Positions 13,265 through 27,965 of a stretch of 64,000 bases of DNA are shown here, piece by piece. Location: contig NW_021833676.1 of the NCBI RefSeq assembly GCF_006345805.1, positions 1-64,000 of the forward strand, given 5' to 3'. The notes under the pieces were generated by a model. That model did not search any database, had not been told where the DNA came from, and was given only the letters and a program-made list of their open reading frames with translations. Numbering within the stretch: the first letter of the stretch is position 1; each line of letters begins with the position of its first letter. This DNA is from Octopus sinensis. Its lineage: Eukaryota. The position numbers were made by a program, and so were the translations under genes.

Positions 13265-13535
13265 GATTAGTTGGATTCCTGGCATCGTGTTGTGTCCTTG
13301 AGCAAGACACTATATTTCACGTTGCCCCCATCCACTCAGATGGCAAAAATGAGTTGAACCCCTAATTCACACGTTGCCAACCCTATCACATTCTGTGTCG
13401 CAGTGAATATCTCTTAGAGCTACTTAATATATACGCGTATCTTTAGAGTGATCAGCCAACTGGACGTTAATCTCACAAGTAAGCTGTTCCGAGAATCGGA
13501 TCTACTGGCACCGTCTTCGTAACCGAGTGAGTGCC
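13265..13535 (+). mobile_element. Degraded SINE with ccttgagcaagacact domain and family-B-type tail
   Basis: tgtgtccttgagcaagacact...ccactcagatggcaaaaatgag, then cagccaactggacgttaat...gctgttccg...gtaaccgagtgagtgcc. Confidence 0.65.
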
Positions 13536-13801
13536 AGTCGGTGAAAGCGAGATAAGCTCAGTAAAAGAAAAATCAAAAAGAAAACACAGAAACACACTCA
13601 CTAATAATGCTTGAATGAATTTGAACTTAAAATCCAACTTCTGCAAGTGTAGACCCCACAACGTCAAGATAAATCCAAATAGAGCGGATATAGAGATGGT
13701 GATTACGTAAAATTCGACTTCCTGAAACAGCTGTCGAGTCAGCACATTGAATAACGCTTTTTGTTATTCTCTATTTATGATAATCCACGTGAATATATAG
13801 A

Positions 13802-14337
13802 TACGAGTGGTAGTCTAAAATTCTCCGTACTCTCGCGGTAGCATATTATTATTGTCACACTGCTTTCTGCGCAAGGGTGCTATTGTAGTCACGTGATCGA
13901 AGTTTGAGCCACATCGCGCCATTTTCTTCCTGGCTTTGCAGTGTAACCATGGGTGCTCCACTATCAATGTGCACCAAAGAAGAACAAAGAGCAGTGATCC
14001 CATATCTCTGGTCGGAAGATGTGTCAGGTGCTGAAATTCGTCGGAGGCCTTTAGCACAAAACGGAGACAGTGCACTACCGTGTAGGAGTGCATATGAGTG
14101 TATCGAGTAATTTAAAAGTGACCGGTCAAGCGTGACGCAAGAAGAGGGAGAGGATGCCTGTCAAACCCCACCTCAGCAAGCTCAAGAGATGGTTCACTAT
14201 TACCAACTCTCAGATCACTACACTTTGTTCTTCCATGGTGCACGTTGCTAGTGGGACGGCCATGCTTATACTGTCAATGCAGTAGGAAAGAAAGCACGAT
14301 GAGGCTCAAACTTCGATCATGTGACCACAGTAGTACC
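13802..14337 (+). mobile_element. Internally deleted mariner element with transposase N-terminal remnant (13949-about 14165)
   Basis: TA|CGAG start. MGAPLSMCTKEEQRAVIPYLWSEDVSGAEIRRR...RSAYECIE*FKSDRSSV matches the mariner HTH region. Inverted repeat 13876-13915 / 14298-14337. Confidence 0.8.
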
Positions 14338-15357
14338 AACTCTGTTGGCCGATACTACATTCATGAAATTGATTGAACGGCAAATGTATATTAGACAATC
14401 AAATGGACGGGTTTATATCCATGGTTGTATCTGGGTTTTGTTTTTCCATAACGGCGATTTGAAAACGCCGTTCGAATTTTCACCGATAGAAATTTCCTCT
14501 ATATCTAATCAGGACGTGGGTTGATATAAATAATGTTCCTTTTGAGAAATTACCATTAATGTATGATTTATTGAATATCATTTCGGTATGTCTTAATTAT
14601 ACCGCATGAAAACGACTCTTCATTTATAATGCATTCCATGGATTTTACAAATTAGAACTTTATCTTATATCTGTTCAATTACGTCTTCAGTTCTTCAGAT
14701 TTTTCAAAACTAAATTTACCAAAATTAAAGGTAATAGAAATTATTCCATTCTTTTATAATTCCATTCATCTCCGTTTGTCTGTCCTAACTTTTGTTATAT
14801 TCGAACCGAAGCGTTTCCGTCACAACTTTTACTACGGAACTTTCGGAAGTGCATAATGAGACCAAAGAAGATCAATTGTCTCGACCAAGTATATTACATG
14901 TCTGGATAGAAGAGTTGTCTTTCTTTGTAGACAATTCTACTTCTCCTGTTATGGAGGAAGAAAGGAGTAATAACACAACTTAGTTCAAAGGTTATTATTG
15001 AAATTACAAACTTCGACCTGATACGAGACCGGTTAATATGAATCATTAACACACAAACATACACCCACACAGAAACACGCATATATACGCGAATATGTAG
15101 CTATATGTATATAAGTGAAAATATACATGAGTATATATACATACATATATATACAAATACATATATACATACATACATACATATATATATACACATAAAT
15201 GTATATATACACACTTATACATATATACATATAAATATACATATATATACTTACATATACAATACACACACATATATATATATATATTTATATATCTACA
15301 CATATATATATATATTATAAATTATGTATATATATACATACACACGCACACACACAC

Positions 15358-15423
<66 letters not shown>

Positions 15424-16342
15424 TACATATATATATGTAAGTATATATACATACATATATACACGTATATACACATAGACTGGTGTTCTTGTCAGTTGTT
15501 TATGGAGAAGTTTGTGAAATATATTTGTTTTTGACGTCGGTATTAAATAATATCATTAATAATTATCATTTTCATTAAATATTATGAGACGTTTTTAATT
15601 AACATCATTAAGGGGCATTAATTATTTCTCTTAAATTATAAAGTGCCAGCTATGCTCATGTTTTATGGCCCTTATGTAATTTGCAAGGCCTATTAAGTTT
15701 CCCTTGCGATGTAACGTCTCCGCTTCTATTGCACATAATAGGCAAAATAATGTTTCATTCGAACGATCTTTGGCGCAGCCACACACACAGTTGCACGCGA
15801 GCTTGCATACACACACACACACACACATATGTACCATACTCTCAGACATACAAACAAATACATACGAGCACAGGCACACTTTGACATACGTACGCATGTG
15901 AATGAATCAATACATGTGAGTATAGAAGTCGGTGTATGCATGTAATACGTCGAAGTGTATAGACATTGCATATAGTGTACGTATTATATATCTTGCTGTG
16001 TGTGTATTTGTATTTAATCACATACATACATGTAGAAATGCCTGTGTGTATGTCTATGTTTGTACCAGTTACATATATGTGTATTTATGTGTGTGTCTGT
16101 GTTGAGTGGATCTCAGCATCTGTCATGTGTGAGTGCGTGTATAAATGCACGTATATATTAAGATATATTTTATATGTTTCTTCCAGTAACCAATATATGC
16201 ATGTATATTGTGATCATATCAATACATGTATACAGTCACACAAATACACAGACATACATACAGACATACACACACACACACACACAGACGCACGCCTATA
16301 TATATAATCATACGTGTGCATACACGCACTCACTCAGACCAC

Positions 16343-16571
16343 TATTTTATTTATTTATTTATTTTTATTTTATTTTGTTTTATCTAGTTTCAGCTCACGA
16401 GCTGTGGCCATGCTGGGGCGCCGCCATTTGGTGTTGCTACATGATTTTACTTCACGAATGCTTTTTAGCAAATGCCATTTGGTGCATGAGAGAGTTCGAC
16501 GAAGCTGCCCTCATCTGCACCTCCTGCCGTGAAGTTGGTTCATCTGGGACACCTGACAGGAAGAGATCCAG

Positions 16572-16573
<2 letters not shown>
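16343..16573 (-). mobile_element. CR1-like LINE 3' end (5'-truncated), relative of 45335-45995
   Basis: The minus strand encodes LDLFLSGVPDEPTSRQEVQMRAASSNSLMHQ, versus LDLFLLGVPDEPTSRQETRMRAATSNSLVDQ at about 45815. It then has a 3' UTR stem-loop and an A-rich tail. Confidence 0.88.
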
Positions 16574-16614
<41 letters not shown>

Positions 16615-16779
16615 CATATGCTTATATCAATATACACACATAAGCTTATATCTATATACACATACGCACATATTTTTCTATTGAGTATCTGATGTTCTAG
16701 TTTATTTTTATGAAGTTGAGATTTTAATATATTTGTACTAAAGTGAAAGTAATCGAAATCTACTCGAAAGGCACCAATC

Positions 16780-16865
16780 GGCGCTTGGCTACCGTAGAAG
16801 ACACTTGCCCAAGATTTCACGCAGATTGATCGAACCAGGTACCATGTGGTTGGAACCGTTGTTTA
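16780..16865 (-). mobile_element. Degraded SINE family A head
   Basis: gtagaagacacttgcccaag...gaaccaggtaccatgtggttgg matches 11240-11300. Confidence 0.65.
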
Positions 16866-17304
16866 TGAATCATACGTATAAACTTTGCCAACGGCTATAT
16901 ATACGTAGTCGGAATTTACAAAAAAAAACCCTAAAACACAAAAGACGAAGACATAAATATATATGCCTTAAGATGGCGTTTATTGTTTATTTCTGTTCTC
17001 TTGCAACTCATAAGTGTTTTCACTTTCTTTTTATAAGATGCATCACACTTTAACATATATTCGCTTACTTTTTCTTGCGTTGGCATATTTATCTACAATG
17101 TACACTTCGTATCTCGTTGTTTGTGTGGGGGAGAGAGCTTATAATTCAATATCATGAAAATTACGTTTTCTATTAATATCTATGTTTAAGCATACCTATA
17201 AAAAATACGATGATTTGATGGCAGTCTCTCGTAGTCTGCGAAAGACGTTTCTGACATTTCTTGTGCAACAAACTGAACAATTCATTCGTTTATACTATAA
17301 GTTT

Positions 17305-17793
17305 TGGGGCGACCAAGGTTTTTTCACAGGGGGCCAGATAACAGAATGACGAGCGCGAGCCATATAACCATTTTGTTCAATACCGTATACTAAATACACA
17401 AAAAAAACAACCAACATATTTATTTACCAAAAATTTATCAAAGCAGACAACGTTAGCAATAAGATACTTCTATCATACCCCGTGCACACATATCCGAATG
17501 TCACAAACTAAGCATGAAAAATGGTTAATGAAGATTATGAAACCGGTGTTTTGCTTTTAAGATATCATCAATATTTGCTTTGGAATTGCTGCATCCAACC
17601 AAGAGAATTGCTTTCAGATGTTTATCAAACATTCTTCATCATTGAAAATGGTTGCTCACAGACATAAGTTGTTCCAAACTCTGGTGCCATATCAGAGGCG
17701 AATGAACTCTCATTGCAAGTACATACATAAAAGGTACAGTGCGGCGGCAGGCTGAATGAACTGACCTCGCGGACCGTAAATTGGTGATTCCTG
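17305..17793 (-). mobile_element. Internally deleted hAT (Charlie/Buster-like) element with transposase C-terminal remnant 17525-17690
   Basis: The minus strand gives FGTTYVCEQPFSMMKNV and, after a frame break, DKHLKAILLVGCSNSKANIDDILKAKHRFHNLH* (hAT dimerisation domain). Its ends, caggaatcaccaa and ggggcgaccaa, resemble TIRs. Confidence 0.78.
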
Positions 17794-18306
17794 GTTTATA
17801 GTGTCCTATACATTACTTCCCTCCCGCCATCAAATTGATGGAACGGGGGCTCTGTGCAACAAACGTCATATGTAGATTTGAAACCACGATTCGCAATCGG
17901 GCGTGCAACACACCAACCACCACGCCATACGTATACTATGATTTGCAAAAAACCTTTGAAACCGAAGTTTATGTTGCTTAAAGATTTGTGAAACAGATGT
18001 AAGTGATGTATTAAGGAAAGTTGTTGTTAGAAGATTCCAACCCCGATTATCTTCAGATGGAGCAGTGAATAGTGGCCGCTTCCTCCACACGTTTGTACAG
18101 TTACAAAATTCGTTTCTTCTCTCTGGGATTTTGTTGAGCGAATAGGATGGATATTTGTGTTTTTTCACAGATTTTGGTCTATCAAATTCACTCAAAACAA
18201 TTGTTACCCGGAAACATAGTAGAAGACAGTTCTTCAGGATATTACGAAATGAAATTGTGGATTTGAAGTAAAATCTAAATGGTTGCCAAAGTTACATTTG
18301 TTTTAG

Positions 18307-18369
<63 letters not shown>

Positions 18370-18499
18370 TTTTATACATTGATGATTGATTGATTGAATC
18401 AATCAATCAATCAATCATCAATGTATAAAAATACAAACTGGGACAAGAACGCAAAACATTTTGAAGACGATCTCCCTCTCTCTCTCTCTCTCTTATATT

Positions 18500-18541
<42 letters not shown>

Positions 18542-19214
18542 GTGTGTGTGTGTGTGGATGGGGTAGAAAGGGCTCCTTAGCCGTAGTGAAGGCAATCTAT
18601 CTAGGGAGATAACCTTACAATAAATCACTCGGTCCGTAGCTTAGAAATACTGGGTTGACATCCAGCGGGAACAGCTTTGTTTCGTGGAGGAGGAAAGATC
18701 TTCTTTAGTACTTGGTTGTACAATGCTTTCCAATGTGTGTAGTAGTGGCGCGCGCACACATTATTAGCCATTTGAAAAGACTATGGAATTTAGTCTCGAC
18801 CACGGTCGAACAATGATGAATGATGATGATGATGTGGGTGTGGTTTATGTGTGTCTATGTGTGTGTGTGTTTATTTTCTTGGTATGTTGAAATATGTGCG
18901 TGTGTGTCTGTGTGTTAGTTTTAGGGGCCTTTATGAAATTAATTATTCAGACACACAAGAATATCTTTCGTCATAATTGACTACTTTCAATATCGTTCAA
19001 CTTGTGTATTTGACTCCTTTCAGAATGTATCATTTGAAACAACACCCTCTTGAATATCTTCCCACGTATTATAAAAAAAAAGTTTAACAACAGCAGCATT
19101 GAGAACATTACAAGAACGCATAGGATACGATGGTAGAATTGTTTTCTTAGTATGACTCAGCAAAGTAGAATTCAAAATAAAAACATATACTTAAAACAGC
19201 GTTTATTATACTTT

Positions 19215-19512
19215 CTGTAGAAACTTCATTATTTCAAAGGCGTGTGCTAAACTATACGGCATCATTAGCAAATAATTCTAAAACTCTGATGAACTTACAT
19301 GAGCGACATAAAAATGTTTCGTATATTTTTTATTACTCTTCACAAATATTGTAAAATATACGATGGCATTAATTTCGTGAACGTTGCTCAAAGCGTCCAT
19401 TAGATATATTCCCAACGATTTTTCTATTATGTTTGATTAAACATTGAAAATTTCTACCGAGCATCCATTAGGTACGTGACTCTTGAAACTAGTTGTTCAG
19501 TAATAGTTCATA
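19215..19512 (+). repeat. Diverged direct repeat, paralog of 12520-12822
   Basis: See 12520-12822. Confidence 0.8.
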
Positions 19513-19803
19513 TATATATATATACAAACTTGTCTTCATGTGTACACACATAGCTACTTCGGTACAAACCTTACACAATACACACTTACAAACAGGCATA
19601 GATACATACAGATACACATACGTACATATATACATACATGCGTCAATACATACATATATATACATGCATATATACATATATAATTACATATATACATAGA
19701 TACATACATATATATATACATGCATACATATATACATACATATATACATGCATGCATACATATAGACATGCATATATATACATGTGCATATATATATATA
19801 CAA

Positions 19804-19835
<32 letters not shown>

Positions 19836-19998
19836 GTATATATACATATGTACATACATATATACATAAATACATACATACATAGATATATATACGTATA
19901 TAAATAGTTACCTATATATACATGCATACAGTGCTACTTAAATACAAAACACATATTTACATACACACATACATATCTACCTACACAGATAAAAATAT

Positions 19999-20042
<44 letters not shown>

Positions 20043-20829
20043 ATATATATATATATATAATATATATGTAGTATATATATATATATATGTATATATATAT
20101 GCATATATATATATTTGTATTGTGTATATGTATTTGTATGTTCTGTTTTTTCGAAATATTTTGATGTCATTAAGTTGCATCTTACTACAGTAGAGCTGGA
20201 AGCATTATGTCCATACATCACTGTTACATCTCTCGACACACACACACACACGCACACACATATACACACACACACATGCACACACACACACACACAACAC
20301 CTTATTTATTTCATTGTGCTTATATAAGCAAATGTATATATGACAAGTACTTCAGTAAAAGCTGAAATCAGACATTTTCGGCACCTACGCCAAAAGTTTC
20401 TCTAGATTGACCACACCGCCGTCTACAAGCTAGGATTCTTGTGGTTACGCAAGTGTGGTTTGAACTTGGTCGCTACGGTTTCAAATTTTGGGCTACGTAC
20501 TTACTGCGCACTGAGAACCGGTCATTGACAAGGTTTAATCAGAATTGAGTTTAGGAAGGGAAGAATGATGGGAAATTCTCATGAACGAGACACTGATTTC
20601 GGGTGAGTGAAACGAGGCGTAAGATATGGAAACGAAACGCGGCTGAGAAGTACGCGGGGAGTAGAGTGAGGGAAGAAAAGGAAAAAGAAAAAAAGGAAAA
20701 AAAGGGGAAGAAAACGATCAATAGGGATCGTGTATAACAGAAATGTCATGATGTAAAGTATAAAGGGGAAAGGCTGTATAGATATTAGAGTAGCCTTGCT
20801 TTTTTTAATGTTATTACGCAAAAAAATCA

Positions 20830-20920
<91 letters not shown>

Positions 20921-21694
20921 ATATATATATATATATATATAGTAGTAATATTGGTGTATAAAAGTTAAATGTGGAATCGTCCTTCAATTGGAGATTTCCA
21001 AAAAGGATTTCTAATGTTGGTTCTTCATACTTTGCTGTGAGTTTACAGGAGTAAATTTGAGAAGATATGAAAGTAGTATTTATGGAATGAAATTCCACAA
21101 ATCCCATCAATTTTGTTAAGAATGGAGGAAACAAGTTGTTAAAATTTATAAGGAGTTTAATTCTTGCAGACGATTGTTTCGTACAAAGATGTAATAATAT
21201 AAATTCATGATTGAGTGAAATGAAATAAATATCAACGCAGTCTATATATAAAGAAAGAAAGAGAGAGAGAGCGAAAGAGAGAGAGAGAGAGAGAGAGAGA
21301 GGGGGAGGGAGAGAGAGAGAGAAACATCCTGAAAGTAAAGAAGTTATGGGTAAAGAAATTGCGCTGCTTTCCGATAAGAAATACATGAAAATGTATTCAG
21401 TAATATATTGTAATGTATAAAATAAGTTACCTACGCGCAGCATCCGTGCACGCAGAAAGGCAAGCATGCACATACATAAGTACATATGTGTACGTCAGTC
21501 TCTCTGTGTGTGTATGTATGTTTTTTCTCTATGTGTGTCGCCGTATGTATTATAATTTAGACAATAAAATGTACTGTGATTATTAGTGACACGAAACGTT
21601 GAGTCGTAAAAATGAGATGTCATTATTATTCATACACATGTACACACTTGTACACATACATACTTCTGCACATTCATGCATACACACAACACGT

Positions 21695-21742
<48 letters not shown>

Positions 21743-22529
21743 CAGAGAGAGAAATAGAGATATATATACATATACGTAAATATATTATATATATATATAT
21801 GTATATATGTATATATATATATATGTGTATATATATATATATAAATATATAAATATATACGTCATATATCATACATACAGCATGTGTGTGTGTGATTGTG
21901 TGTGGGCAAGCAGGTATAATGTTATATTTTGTTGTGCATGAGAGAGAAACGGTGAGAAGGAATGTGTTATAACTCTGCAGAATAAGAATGAAAAACAAAA
22001 GTCATTTGAAACAATTTTATTTAAGCATTAAAATCAAAATTGATAAATCAATTGAATTTAGAATACAATACGTTCAACACTTAGATTTCAAGTTGCTTAG
22101 TTAAATAAAACTCTTTCTCTCTAAATTCCGATATTTGTATTGTTTCAGCTAAACACCAGATTTTGTCTGCAATGAAAACATAAAAAAAAATTGAAGCAGT
22201 GAATTTATAGTTTTATTATATAATTTTCTTGTTGTTCCATACACAAATATCATTACAGAACTTATTGAAATTCGGAAACAAAAGAGAAATTAGAGGAAAA
22301 TAGAAGTTCTTCTTCAGGAGAAAATTTTTGATAACTTATTCATAATATTGAAAAATAAAAAAAAAGAAAGAGTAAAAGGTGAAAATTATAAGAGTGATAA
22401 ATCTTCATTTCAAAAGTAAGGTAACGAAAGTTTGTCATTAAAGTCCTTTGCACGTAAAATAAAGAAAAAGAATGACACGTTATAAAATCAAATATCTTTC
22501 TGACAATCTAAGCCTCCATATTGATATTT

Positions 22530-22661
<132 letters not shown>

Positions 22662-22681
22662 TATCTTTCTATCTGTTTATG

Positions 22682-22726
<45 letters not shown>

Positions 22727-23457
22727 ATCTGTCTATCTTTCTTTCTTTCTATCTATCTATCTATCCAGCCATTTATCTATCTACCTATCTATCTGTTTAT
22801 GTATGTATATTATATTTATATATATATTATATATATTATATATATATAATATATATATATATATTTAAGCTACAAATCTATCATTCAGTATATGTATGTA
22901 TGCATTATGTATCATCTATCTACCTATCTATCGATCTATCTATCTACCTATTCGTGTCTTTCAATAAACTCTTTCCTTGTTTGATTTCTATTGCTGGTTA
23001 CATATTTTTTTTAAAACGATTGTATGAAAGCGCACACTTCAAAATAATCGTTACAATGATATTTTAAAGAGGTTAAACATCAAGTTTTTCAGTGATCTTT
23101 AATAGAAATAGTCTGTTTCAGAAGAATACCGATTCATTAACGTTAATTTCATATCAATAATTATGCTTCTTGTCATTAATTTTTTTCATATACTTTGAGT
23201 TCTTTCTAGTGATAAAATTCTATATTCACATTGCAGAGGATAAGAAGTATCTCATATTTACATCTGTCAGCGTTAGTCATGGTATTATTACTATTAGTCT
23301 TATCATTCGTGAATAGAAAAATCGAATATCAACATATATATGCATAGCATAGCTATATGTATATGCATACATCCATGTATGTGTATTTATGTATGCACGT
23401 GCGTATATAACCCTACATATATCTGTGTTTGACTATGTTTGTGTATGTATGTGTTAA

Positions 23458-23499
<42 letters not shown>

Positions 23500-23731
23500 C
23501 GTTGCTATATGTTAAACTGTCCAAATTCGGCAAATGCGTTTTTTCTTCAATATTTAATTTTGTTTGCAACAGCCGTTTCTTTTGGTCAAACTATCGTATC
23601 TCCAGGTGCTTCAGATGCAAAGACATCAAAAATTGTCAGAGTGTAGTACACCGGTTTTGCTATGAAATGGTGAAACCGTTTTTGTTTTATGAAGAACAAC
23701 GTTTTGGACTTACGACACTTTTGCATGATAA

Positions 23732-23769
<38 letters not shown>

Positions 23770-24224
23770 TGTGTTTGTGTGTGTGTGTGTGTGTACACAT
23801 GAATAGAGATATAAGTATTGACATGTACGAATTCATGTATTAGAGCGTATGCCAAATGCAACATAACATCACATTTTATAAACTACAAGAACATGACGAA
23901 CATTGCTTCTACATTGCTAAAACAAAAATCTCTCTCCCTCTCTCAAGTAAGCTTGTTCGTGTGTATGTGTGTCTGTGTCATCAATAATTTAAATTATTAA
24001 CATATTATTACAAATATTTAGCTGCTTTGTAGAAAGAACAATCACCAAGGAAACGTATGTAAATAGCACTGCACATCTCCACGATATAGTGTAGACTACT
24101 GGCATTCCATTCGGCATTATGTCGAACTGCGAAAATGGCCTCATTGCTCGATATTGGGCCTAATGTTATTTCAACTTCAAGTAACCTAGTCACAACAAAA
24201 CAATGAGTGTATATATATATATAT

Positions 24225-24470
24225 ATATATCCTTCTTCCTAGCTCACCTGTGTGACTCTTCTACCTGGCATTCACCATGATAAATCACTAGCCACTAAAT
24301 CTTTTTTACTATTTTCTCTCCCTTTTTATTTCTGTGTTCCTTTCTGGCAAAGAGCGTAGGCTCGAAACGTAACAGACTTTCTCACTTTCCGAATGCTAAA
24401 CTAATACATCTCTGTGTTGTTTACACACCCGTCTTCGTCTTTTGTTGTCTTTTTTTGTAAACTCCCACTA
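24225..24470 (+). mobile_element. Penelope-like terminal fragment between (TA)n tracts
   Basis: Contains gagc-gtag-gctc-gaaacgta (hairpin plus GAAAC plus palindrome ACGT), then a pyrimidine-rich end that runs into (TA)n. Confidence 0.55.
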
Positions 24471-24493
24471 CATATGATATATATATATATACA

Positions 24494-24538
<45 letters not shown>

Positions 24539-25452
24539 GTATATATATATATTTTTTTTGTGTATATTTTTATACATACGTAGATATTTGGCTTCGAAAT
24601 AGTTTGATTCTACCAAATTTCCTTGGGTTATAAGAAATGAAACCTACCTAAGGTGCTGCTGAGTGGGATCGAACTCAAATACATGCGATGGCGAGACGCT
24701 TCTCGTAACGACACAGCACTTTTTTGCCTCTAGGTGTAGACTCCTACAATAGTTTGGACATTATCATGGACACCAGTGAGAATTTGCCTTGGTTTGGCAC
24801 GACCTAAGAAATGTTAACACTGCTTAATATCACATAACCGTTTAAATGTGTGTTGGGAAGATATTTTATTGGCATTGGAAGAGATTACGATAAACAATGA
24901 AATCACACTTCGTTCACCTGCCACAGACCAACGCACGAAATATATTCGACACATGCGTGGATCTGAGTGTCAGGTTTAGACAGGTGTTTTTGAGTTACGA
25001 AGTATGCGCTTTTACATTGCGAAATAGAATGCAAGTTCAGCTTAAACAATAAAAACAAGGCTAAAGTTATGTGAATTCCTTCACAATACTCTCATAGTTT
25101 CAGTACCAGTTGACTAATAAAATTGCCATATCTCTGTTGTGTATGAAATTGTCTGTCATATATGCTGAGTTTCCATAGGTTTTGGTATGTAAATAAAAAT
25201 AAACACCAGTGTAATGGTCTATTATAAACTTTGCTTTAGGCATTCTAAAAGTTGTATTCACAACCAAAGGATTATGTTCAAATCTTTATATAAAGTATAC
25301 GAGATCAGAATGATATAAGCGTATTTTTTTTCTTTGTACACAACGTATTTGATTTCGTAAAGAAAATTTCAATATTGCGTAGAAAACATTATTTACCTAT
25401 TCTGTTGAAAGCACAGACAAAAGCATACATGCGAACGCAGACTATTCATACA

Positions 25453-25513
<61 letters not shown>

Positions 25514-25538
25514 CTATCTATCTACCTACCTATCTATC

Positions 25539-25569
<31 letters not shown>

Positions 25570-25606
25570 CCATCAATTTATCTAGCTGTCTGTCTATCTA
25601 TATCTG

Positions 25607-25679
<73 letters not shown>

Positions 25680-26160
25680 TCTATTCTATTTATCTATCTC
25701 CCCACACACACATATACACACGTTAGTAACCAACTCGAAAATCAGTTTTGAATATAATATTGGTAGATAAATAATGTCTTTCAATTTAAAAATATTCTAC
25801 TTATTAAAACTACAGCACGTCTCCTTTCTAAAGAAAGATTTACTTTAATCTGTACCATGGAAGGCATTAAGACAAAATGGATAGAACCTTCCGCAGAAAC
25901 TTTATTTATAATCCGTACACGGTAGAAGATAAAGTTTTATGAAAAAAAAACTTCTGGCGCACCACATGCTATTGAACTGATGGCTGATTATCCTAATATA
26001 TTCAAGAATTCATTGCTACCATTAAACAAAATAAACCAAAGAGACAAACCGGCTGATGGTCCTGAAGTTGAGGGAATAAGCCATTAATAATTGTGGTGGC
26101 CTGTCATGTGAGAAAAGTTACACACTACAAGTGCAATGGCTGGCCGTTTCCACAAATATC

Positions 26161-26572
26161 TCTTTTACTCTTTTACTCTTTTACTTGTTTCAGTCATTTG
26201 ACTGTGGCCATGCTGGAGCACCGCCTTTAGTCGAGCAAATCGACCCCGGGACTTATTCTTTGTAAGCCTAGTACTTCTTCTATCGGTCTATTTTGCCGAA
26301 CCGCTAAGTGACGGGGACGTAAAAACACCAGCATCGGTTGTCAAGCAATGCTAGGGGGACAAACACAAACACACACACGCACATATATATATATATATAT
26401 ATATATATACGACAGGCTTCTTTCAGTTTCCGTCTACCAAATCCACTCACAAGGCTTTGGTCGGCCCGAGGCTATAGCAGAAGACACTTGCCCAAGATGC
26501 CACGCAGTGGGACTGAACCCGGAACCACGTGGCTGGTTAGCAAGCTACTTACCACACAGACACTCCTGCGCC
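26161..26572 (-). mobile_element. Full-length SINE family A
   Basis: Colinear with 10863-11335. Confidence 0.92.
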
Positions 26573-26676
26573 TATGTATATGTATATATATTATGTAAAA
26601 TGCATTGGGTAAAAAATTCCAACCTGGTAAATGTTGGTGTTATTTGAAACGGTCGATAATACTTTCGCTAGATTAA

Positions 26677-26840
26677 AGCGGCAAGCTGGCAGAATCGTTA
26701 GCACGCCGGGGAAAATGCCTAGTGACATTTCGTCCGTCTTTCCATTCTGCGTTCAGATGACGCCGAGGTCATCCTTTCCTCTCAGCCTCAGCCTCTCGCG
26801 ATTGATTAAATAAGTACCAGTTGAACACTGGGGTATAATG
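26677..26840 (+). mobile_element. SINE family C
   Basis: gcggcaagctggcagaatcgttagcacgccgggg...ttctgcgttcagatgacgccgaggtc...taaataagtaccagttgaacactggg. Confidence 0.75.
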
Positions 26841-27795
26841 TTTAGCCCCAGACGGTTATAAAGGAAGTGTAGAGAGTAACGGAGTTATCATTTACTAGGT
26901 TTTTCGTTTATCAAACGTAAGACCTTTGCAGTGAAGAAAAGTGTATCATGGAGAAACTTGGGAAAGATGTGGTTCCTACTTACAAAATCTCGGAGAGAAA
27001 AATAACTGTATGAGTTGGGTGCGTGAACATATACACTACCGTCAGAAATTAATTAGCACCCTTGATTTGCTCTTCACTCAAGGTATGTGCTGTCACCTAG
27101 TGGCCATATCTCGAACTATTGCTTTGTTGCGAGTTCACTGTTGCGCAGAACGATGACGTAACTTTGTTTGCAGAGCAGTTTGAGAGTCTACAGCCTTATG
27201 ATGTTGACATAGCAGTGCAACAACAACTTGGAGTGCGGATGCAGACAAATCTTCCTTTGTTTAATAGATATAGGTAGCGCCTTGCAAGGACCGAAATCAC
27301 ACCATACTAAGTTTTCTCATCGCGTAAGACATTTTGAACAGCTCATAGGTTAATTGATTTAACCTATTTAATGTAGAAAATTGAGAAGTGCTAATTAATT
27401 TTTGACGCAAGTGTATATGTTAACAAAACGAAACAATTTGAATTAGTTTATATTTGGTCCTAAGATGACACAAAATATAAAGATCGTAAAACACGGAATT
27501 ATGAAGTACGAAATATCATCCTTAGAAAGAAACATTCTTAGTTTACTCAGCTATAATGGATACCAGTTTCGGTTTGGTGCACCCGTCTCTTTTTTCCGAT
27601 TGCCTTATTATGGCTGTTTTCTTTCTGAGTCAAACATTGGGCAGTCGGTAAGATATCTACACTTGCAACATAACTACGTAGATCCTAAAAATAGTTAACG
27701 AAAAGACGATACATTTTATCGATCTATTCTCGTTTGTAAGTAACGGTTAGCTCTCCCTGTCACACACATACATCCACACGCATACAACATACATG

Positions 27796-27841
<46 letters not shown>

Positions 27842-27900
27842 GTGTGTGTGGTGTATATCTATCTATATACTATCTCTCTATCTATCTGTCTATCTATCTA

Positions 27901-27965
<65 letters not shown>

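Noticed and set aside
18171-18270. Acceptor followed by (D)FGLSN, like a kinase DFG exon
   Set aside because: Downstream residues (SLKTIVTRKHSRRQFF) do not fit an activation loop/APE motif, and there is no good donor.
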